Positions 59,271 to 64,000 of a DNA stretch of 64,000 nt are shown here, in pieces. Under the pieces are notes generated by a model. It did no database searches and was not told the DNA's origin. It was given only the letters and a program-made list of their open reading frames with translations. The DNA comes from an uncultured delta proteobacterium (GTDB lineage: Bacteria > Myxococcota_A > UBA9160 > UBA4427): positions 1,248,001 to 1,312,000 of the forward strand of contig CAWGJT010000005.1 in NCBI GenBank assembly GCA_963822965.1. The letters are read 5' to 3'. Each line of letters opens with the position of its first letter. Within the stretch, counting starts at the first letter, position 1. Both the position numbers and the translations under genes were made by a program.

Positions 59271-61535
59271 GTGGCCGAGTCACCTTCCCGTCCCGCTGGC
59301 TCCCGGAGGGCACCAGGCTTGGCCGTTGCTCTTCGCGCGCTCGCGCGCCTGTTCCCGGTGGCGATGCTGGCCCTGGCGACAGCCTGCGGCAACGTCGGCG
59401 GCAGCACCGAGCAGGGCGGGGGCGCCGGAAGCACCACGAGCGGCGGCGGGACGAGCGACAGCGGCTCCGCGTCCGATGCCGAGACCGCGGGCGCGACCCC
59501 GGCGCCCGCGCCCGACGAGCCGCCGACCTCCGTCGAGGCCTGCGCGTCCTGTCACGCGCCCTGGCAGGCGCTGCCGGTCGACGACATCGATCGCGAGGGG
59601 GACGTCCACTACATCGACCCGGACCCGAACGGGCCCCTCACCGCGTCCGGCTACCGCCGGATCGACGCGGAGATCGACACCGTCGATCTGAGCGGCGCCT
59701 CGGTCGTGATCGACTTCACGGCCCGGAGCGAGACCGGGGACCCGGTCGAGGACCTCCTGCCCGACGACGGGCGCTTCGCGCTGGCCCGCCTCGAGGCCGG
59801 GGTCGGCGCGGCGCCCAACGACTGGGTGAACGTCGGCCTGGAGGCCGGCGCCTCGACCACGGAGCGCTTCACGAGCGGCCTGTTCGAGAACCTCTCCGCA
59901 GGCGCCTACCGCTACAGCTCGCTCCTCGACCCGGCCGGGCTGGTGCTCGCCGGCGACTCCATTCGGGTCGCGATCGAGCTGTCGGCCAGCGACCTGCCGC
60001 CCGAGAACGCCTGGTGCGACTTCGACGCCGACCTGCAGGCCCCGAATCTCTGCGGCGCCACCAGCCTCACCCGCGACGTCGTCCAGACCGCCGGCTGCAA
60101 CGTTTGCCACGGCCCCACCCACGACACGAAGCTCGTCTTCCACGGAGTGCGCACCGAGGTCGAGTACTGCGTCACGTGCCACAACCCGACGGGTGACACG
60201 GACTTCAGCCTGCTGATCCACAAGATCCACGCGGGCGAGTATCTCACGAAGGGCTTCCGGTCGTGGTCGACGGTGCGCTTCACGAAGGACCTCGACCGCT
60301 GCGAGGTGTGCCACACCGGGGCTGGTGCGGACGTGGACAACTGGAAGGAGGTGCCGGGGCGCAGTGCCTGCGGCGCCTGCCACGACCAGGTGAACTTCGA
60401 CACCGGCCAGAACCACGGCTCGGGCGGCGTGCAGAAGACCGATCGCTACTGCTCCGGCTGCCATCCCGTGTCGGGTCCGGTCACGCAGATCCAGATCCCC
60501 ATCACCACGGTGCACCGGGGCCAGCGCCGCTTCCTGGAGGCCGCCACCTATCGGGGCGGCGCGAACGGCTACGACATCGAGAGCCTCGACTACGCACCGG
60601 ACACGAACGAGATCACCGTGGTCTACTCCGTCACCCGGAACGGCGCGCGCATGAGCCTCGAGAGCGCGCCGCAGTGGACCGCGGGCGGCCGGCTCCGCCT
60701 GGTGCTGGGCTGGAACACGGCCGAGTACAGCAACGAGGGCAGTGGCGCGACCCCCGCGCAGCCCGTGCAGCTGAACGCCCTCGACGTGGGCGGCGCCGTG
60801 ACCGACCTGGGCGGGGGCCGCTACCAGGCGACCCTCGTCCCGCCGAGCAGCACCTCGGGTACCGTGACCGTGCATCTCGAGGGACGTCCCGTGGAGGACC
60901 CGGGCGCGCCGGGCAGCACCGGCGAGCAGATCCCGGTGGAGAGCGTCATCGAGCCCGTGAACCTCGAAGGGGGACGCTCGCAGATCGAGCCGCGGCGCAG
61001 CACCGTCGACCCGAGCCGCTGCAGCGTCTGCCACGACGCCTCGGGTGCCGGGCTCGCGGTCCACGGCAACAACCGGGTCGGAAACGTCGCCGTCTGCGCG
61101 GTCTGTCACAACCCCGATGCGACCGACATCAACCGCCGGCCGGCCGACCCGGCGACGACCCCCGACATGAAGCGCGAGGAGGCGATCGACTTCAAGCGCC
61201 TCATCCACCAGATCCACGCGGGAAGCTCCCTGCAGTCGGGGCTGGTGATCTACGGCTTCGCGGGCACGCCGAACGAGTTCGACCAGGTGGATTTCATCGG
61301 CAATCTCGCGAACTGCGAGACCTGTCACGTGGCGGGCTCGTACTCCACGCTGGACGCCCGGGCGGCGGGAAACTCGACGGTCGACACGGGCGCCGACCTC
61401 GCGGATCCCGACGACGACCTCAACATCTCCTCGACGGCGGCGGTGTGCTCTTCGTGCCACGATGCACAGGAGGACGAGAACCACATGAGGCTGTACGGCG
61501 CCTCCTTCAGCGCCCTCGATGCGAACATCCGCTGA
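59271..61535 (+). CDS. OmcA/MtrC-family decaheme cytochrome c, lipoprotein
   Basis: 10 CxxCH counted; lipobox LATAC then a Gly/Ser linker; collinear paralog of the upstream gene; start uncertain. Confidence 0.9.
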   Translation: MAESPSRPAGSRRAPGLAVALRALARLFPVAMLALATACGNVGGSTEQGGGAGSTTSGGGTSDSGSASDAETAGATPAPAPDEPPTSVEACASCHAPWQALPVDDIDREGDVHYIDPDPNGPLTASGYRRIDAEIDTVDLSGASVVIDFTARSETGDPVEDLLPDDGRFALARLEAGVGAAPNDWVNVGLEAGASTTERFTSGLFENLSAGAYRYSSLLDPAGLVLAGDSIRVAIELSASDLPPENAWCDFDADLQAPNLCGATSLTRDVVQTAGCNVCHGPTHDTKLVFHGVRTEVEYCVTCHNPTGDTDFSLLIHKIHAGEYLTKGFRSWSTVRFTKDLDRCEVCHTGAGADVDNWKEVPGRSACGACHDQVNFDTGQNHGSGGVQKTDRYCSGCHPVSGPVTQIQIPITTVHRGQRRFLEAATYRGGANGYDIESLDYAPDTNEITVVYSVTRNGARMSLESAPQWTAGGRLRLVLGWNTAEYSNEGSGATPAQPVQLNALDVGGAVTDLGGGRYQATLVPPSSTSGTVTVHLEGRPVEDPGAPGSTGEQIPVESVIEPVNLEGGRSQIEPRRSTVDPSRCSVCHDASGAGLAVHGNNRVGNVAVCAVCHNPDATDINRRPADPATTPDMKREEAIDFKRLIHQIHAGSSLQSGLVIYGFAGTPNEFDQVDFIGNLANCETCHVAGSYSTLDARAAGNSTVDTGADLADPDDDLNISSTAAVCSSCHDAQEDENHMRLYGASFSALDANIR

Positions 61536-61541
61536 GCTCCG

Positions 61542-62486
61542 ATGGGCGACTCCGAGGCGCACAGGCAGAGGACGCAGCGACCCGCACGGCGGCAGCCGGG
61601 AGCGGCTGCGGCGCGGTTCGCGTGGCGTGCAGCCGCGGGTCTCGCGCTGGCCGGCGCTCTCGCGTTCCTGGCCTGCGCCTGGACCGCGTCCGAGCCGCCG
61701 CCCCAGCCCGGCGACTGGCACCGGACCGAGCCCGTACGGGGCGCCAGCGCGCCCCTGGGAGCCGCGCGCTGCGACCGCTGCCACGGCCACCAGCCGGCCC
61801 CGCGACACCACGCGGACTGCGAGTCGTGCCACGGCTCCGGGGAGCGCCACGTCCAGAACGTGACCGACCTGAGCGGAATCCGCTTTCCCAGGAACGCCGA
61901 CTGCCTGGCCTGCCACGAGACCGGTCACCGGGGCCTGCTCGACTGGTCGGCCTCGAACCACGAGCGAGCCGGCGTGCTTTGCAGCGACTGCCACGACCCG
62001 CACAACCTCGAACCCTTCCACCTGCGGACCCCGTCCCGGGTGGCCCAGAACGTGCTGCCCCAGGCCCGACCCGAGACGCGCGTGTGCCTGGGCTGCCACC
62101 TCGACGTCGCCGCGAAGCTGAACCTGCCCTCGCACCACCCGGTCCGAGAGGGGATGCTGGCCTGCAGCGACTGCCACGACCCGCATGGGTCGTCGCGTAC
62201 CCGGCTCGGTGCGGCGACCGCGCGCTGCACGGGCTGCCACCAGGCCCAGGCCGGCCCGTGGATCTACGAGCACACCCCTGTGGCCGAGGACTGCGGCTAC
62301 TGCCACGTACCGCACGGTGCGGCCGCCGACGACCTGCTGGTCGCCAACCAGCCCGGCGCCTGCGTGTACTGCCACTCCCTGGCCCAGTTCGGCGCCGTCC
62401 ACGACCCCCAGGCCTACACGAACCGCTGCACCGAGTGCCACGGCGCGGTGCACGGCTCGTACTCGGACCCGCACCTGCGGAGGTGA
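61542..62486 (+). CDS. mtrA: MtrA/DmsE-family decaheme cytochrome c
   Basis: 10 CxxCH; PSHHPVREG, GPWIYEHTPV.EDC, CTECHGAVHGS. Confidence 0.9.
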   Translation: MGDSEAHRQRTQRPARRQPGAAAARFAWRAAAGLALAGALAFLACAWTASEPPPQPGDWHRTEPVRGASAPLGAARCDRCHGHQPAPRHHADCESCHGSGERHVQNVTDLSGIRFPRNADCLACHETGHRGLLDWSASNHERAGVLCSDCHDPHNLEPFHLRTPSRVAQNVLPQARPETRVCLGCHLDVAAKLNLPSHHPVREGMLACSDCHDPHGSSRTRLGAATARCTGCHQAQAGPWIYEHTPVAEDCGYCHVPHGAAADDLLVANQPGACVYCHSLAQFGAVHDPQAYTNRCTECHGAVHGSYSDPHLRR

Positions 62487-64000
62487 GCGTGTCAGCGATC
62501 CCCCGAAGCCGTCGCCTGCGTCGCCCTCCGACTCCGATCCTGCGGACGGCGCTCCTGTGCGCGGTGCTGCTGACGCCCGTCGGGGCGCGAGCGGCGGACG
62601 AGGCGACCGACCCGGCGACCGACCCGGCGCGCGACACGCCGCCGACGACGGAGACCGACGCGGCGCCCCGCGCGGTTGCGCCGTCGGGCTCCGGGACCGC
62701 CCGCGAGACCCCGCCCGAGCCGCCGCCCCCGCCCGAGGAGGAGCTGGGACCGGTGCTGCTGTGGTCTGCGACCGTCTTCGGGCAGTACCGCAAGATCGAC
62801 TCGCCCTACGACCGCGACCGGCGAGCCGGCTTCTTCGACCAGTACGAGTTCACGCCCAGCAAGGGCTCCACCGCGCCGCTGCAGCTGGGCGTGCGGGAAG
62901 CCAGCCTCGATTGGATCGAGGACGACGAGCCCCGCATCCAGCTCCGCTACGCCAGCCCGACCTCGAACCTGGACCTGAACGGAGGCGATCTCGGCGACTC
63001 CTTCCTCGACCAGCGGGCGCTGCTGCTGGGTCGATCCAGGGCCTTCCGGCTCGACCTCGACTACTGGCGCTTCCGGACCGAGCAGCTGCGGGTCTACCCG
63101 GAGACGGACGCCGGGGGTGGGGCGCTGCCGTACAACGACCTGACCGGGCCGGACGACCGCTTCTACCGCGACCGCACCGGCTTCCAGGGCGAGCTGCGCT
63201 GGCGCCCCGATCGCTCGCTGCCCGACGGCAGCGACGGGCTCGCCTGGCTGTCGCCCGAGCTGGCGCTGCGCGGGGGCTACGACCGACGCGAGGGCCGCCG
63301 GCAGCAGCAGACCCTGCTGAACCCCGCGAACGACTGGGTCGCCTTCCCCCAGGACTTCGGCGACGACGTCTCGGACGTCGGCGGAGGCCTGCTGGTGGCA
63401 CCCGGCGGGCTGTTCACGATGACCTTCGACTTCGACTACCAGGACTACGCGGCCAACCAGCCCCAGCTGGACGACACCCTGCCCTTCCCGCCGACCTCGC
63501 GCAGCCTCGATTTCGTGCCGTCGAGCAACCGCAAGACGGGACAGGCGGGCCTGCACGTGCGCCTCGGCGAGCGCGCCGTCGTGACGGCGGCGTTCCAGGC
63601 CACGGTGCTCGACCAGGAGAGCCCGCGCACCCCCCGCCAGCAGAGCGTCGGTCTCGACCGCAACAAGGCCACCGTCTACTCGGCGCGCATCGCCGGCGAC
63701 CTGCAGATCGCCCCGGACTGGACCGCCAACGCCTTCGCGAAGTACGTGTTCCGGGACCGCGAAATCGATCAGAACACCCCGCTCTTCGGGCCCACGAGCC
63801 CCGGCCAGGTGGACGAGTTCCTCGACAGCTTTCACCGGATCGACCTGGGGGCCGAGAGCGTCTACCGGCCGTGGCGCGGCGTCGACCTGGCGCTCGGCCT
63901 GAGCGCGCTCTTCATCGATCGCGATCTCGACTTCGCCCAGCCGGGTCTCGGCAACGCCGTGATCCTGCCCGCCAACGCCTGGGTGAACGGCCACACCCAG
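62483..64000 (+). CDS. MtrB/PioB-like outer-membrane beta-barrel, 3' partial
   Basis: GTGA-coupled to mtrA; appears open to the window end; signal ...LLTPVGARA, Pro-rich linker, then strand-like sequence (GFFDQYEF...). Family inferred mostly from context. Confidence 0.75.
   Translation, partial: MSVSAIPRSRRLRRPPTPILRTALLCAVLLTPVGARAADEATDPATDPARDTPPTTETDAAPRAVAPSGSGTARETPPEPPPPPEEELGPVLLWSATVFGQYRKIDSPYDRDRRAGFFDQYEFTPSKGSTAPLQLGVREASLDWIEDDEPRIQLRYASPTSNLDLNGGDLGDSFLDQRALLLGRSRAFRLDLDYWRFRTEQLRVYPETDAGGGALPYNDLTGPDDRFYRDRTGFQGELRWRPDRSLPDGSDGLAWLSPELALRGGYDRREGRRQQQTLLNPANDWVAFPQDFGDDVSDVGGGLLVAPGGLFTMTFDFDYQDYAANQPQLDDTLPFPPTSRSLDFVPSSNRKTGQAGLHVRLGERAVVTAAFQATVLDQESPRTPRQQSVGLDRNKATVYSARIAGDLQIAPDWTANAFAKYVFRDREIDQNTPLFGPTSPGQVDEFLDSFHRIDLGAESVYRPWRGVDLALGLSALFIDRDLDFAQPGLGNAVILPANAWVNGHTQ

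Noticed and set aside
59280..62474. 1064-aa antisense ORF and other long overlapping ORFs (e.g. 4338..6881, 1053..3374, 56833..59040)
   Set aside because: Shadow ORFs of high-GC coding sequence: they overlap well-supported genes and have no recognisable motifs.

Overview
High-GC (roughly 68-70% by eye) window from a Gram-negative bacterium. PEP-CTERM proteins, a porin-cytochrome locus and Cys-rich secreted proteins suggest Myxococcota or related deltaproteobacteria (inference). It has three zones. (1) 1-23.3 kb is a large actinobacterial-style lipid/terpenoid/steroid-like catabolic cluster: acyl-CoA dehydrogenases, a KshB-like reductase, an F420 LLM enzyme, TetR, an AveC-like protein, a NorQ/NorD/NorE/NorF-like module with no NorB, two Rieske oxygenases each with a 111-aa partner, a 6-oxocamphor hydrolase-like crotonase, an OB-fold/thiolase-like pair and an aldehyde dehydrogenase. 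A shared ~38-bp promoter/operator motif occurs four times, three within the cluster and one at 23.8 kb. (2) ~23.7-52 kb is a mosaic of intact cargo genes and many fragments: IS3, IS30 and IS110 remnants, a 3' tRNA-Arg(CCT) att-like fragment, PEP-CTERM genes and a probable selenocysteine peroxiredoxin. It is punctuated by four full copies and one partial copy of a ~67-bp dif-like (XerC/D-type) repeat, several at gene-breakage junctions. (3) 52-64 kb holds a P450, an amidohydrolase and an acyl-CoA synthetase, then an Mtr-type electron-transfer operon with two paralogous decaheme MtrC/OmcA-like cytochromes (one PEP-CTERM-tailed, one lipoprotein), an MtrA/DmsE-type decaheme and a partial MtrB-like porin. 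Several single-base frameshifts in otherwise conserved genes look like long-read assembly errors. All family calls come from manual motif recognition; no searches were run.
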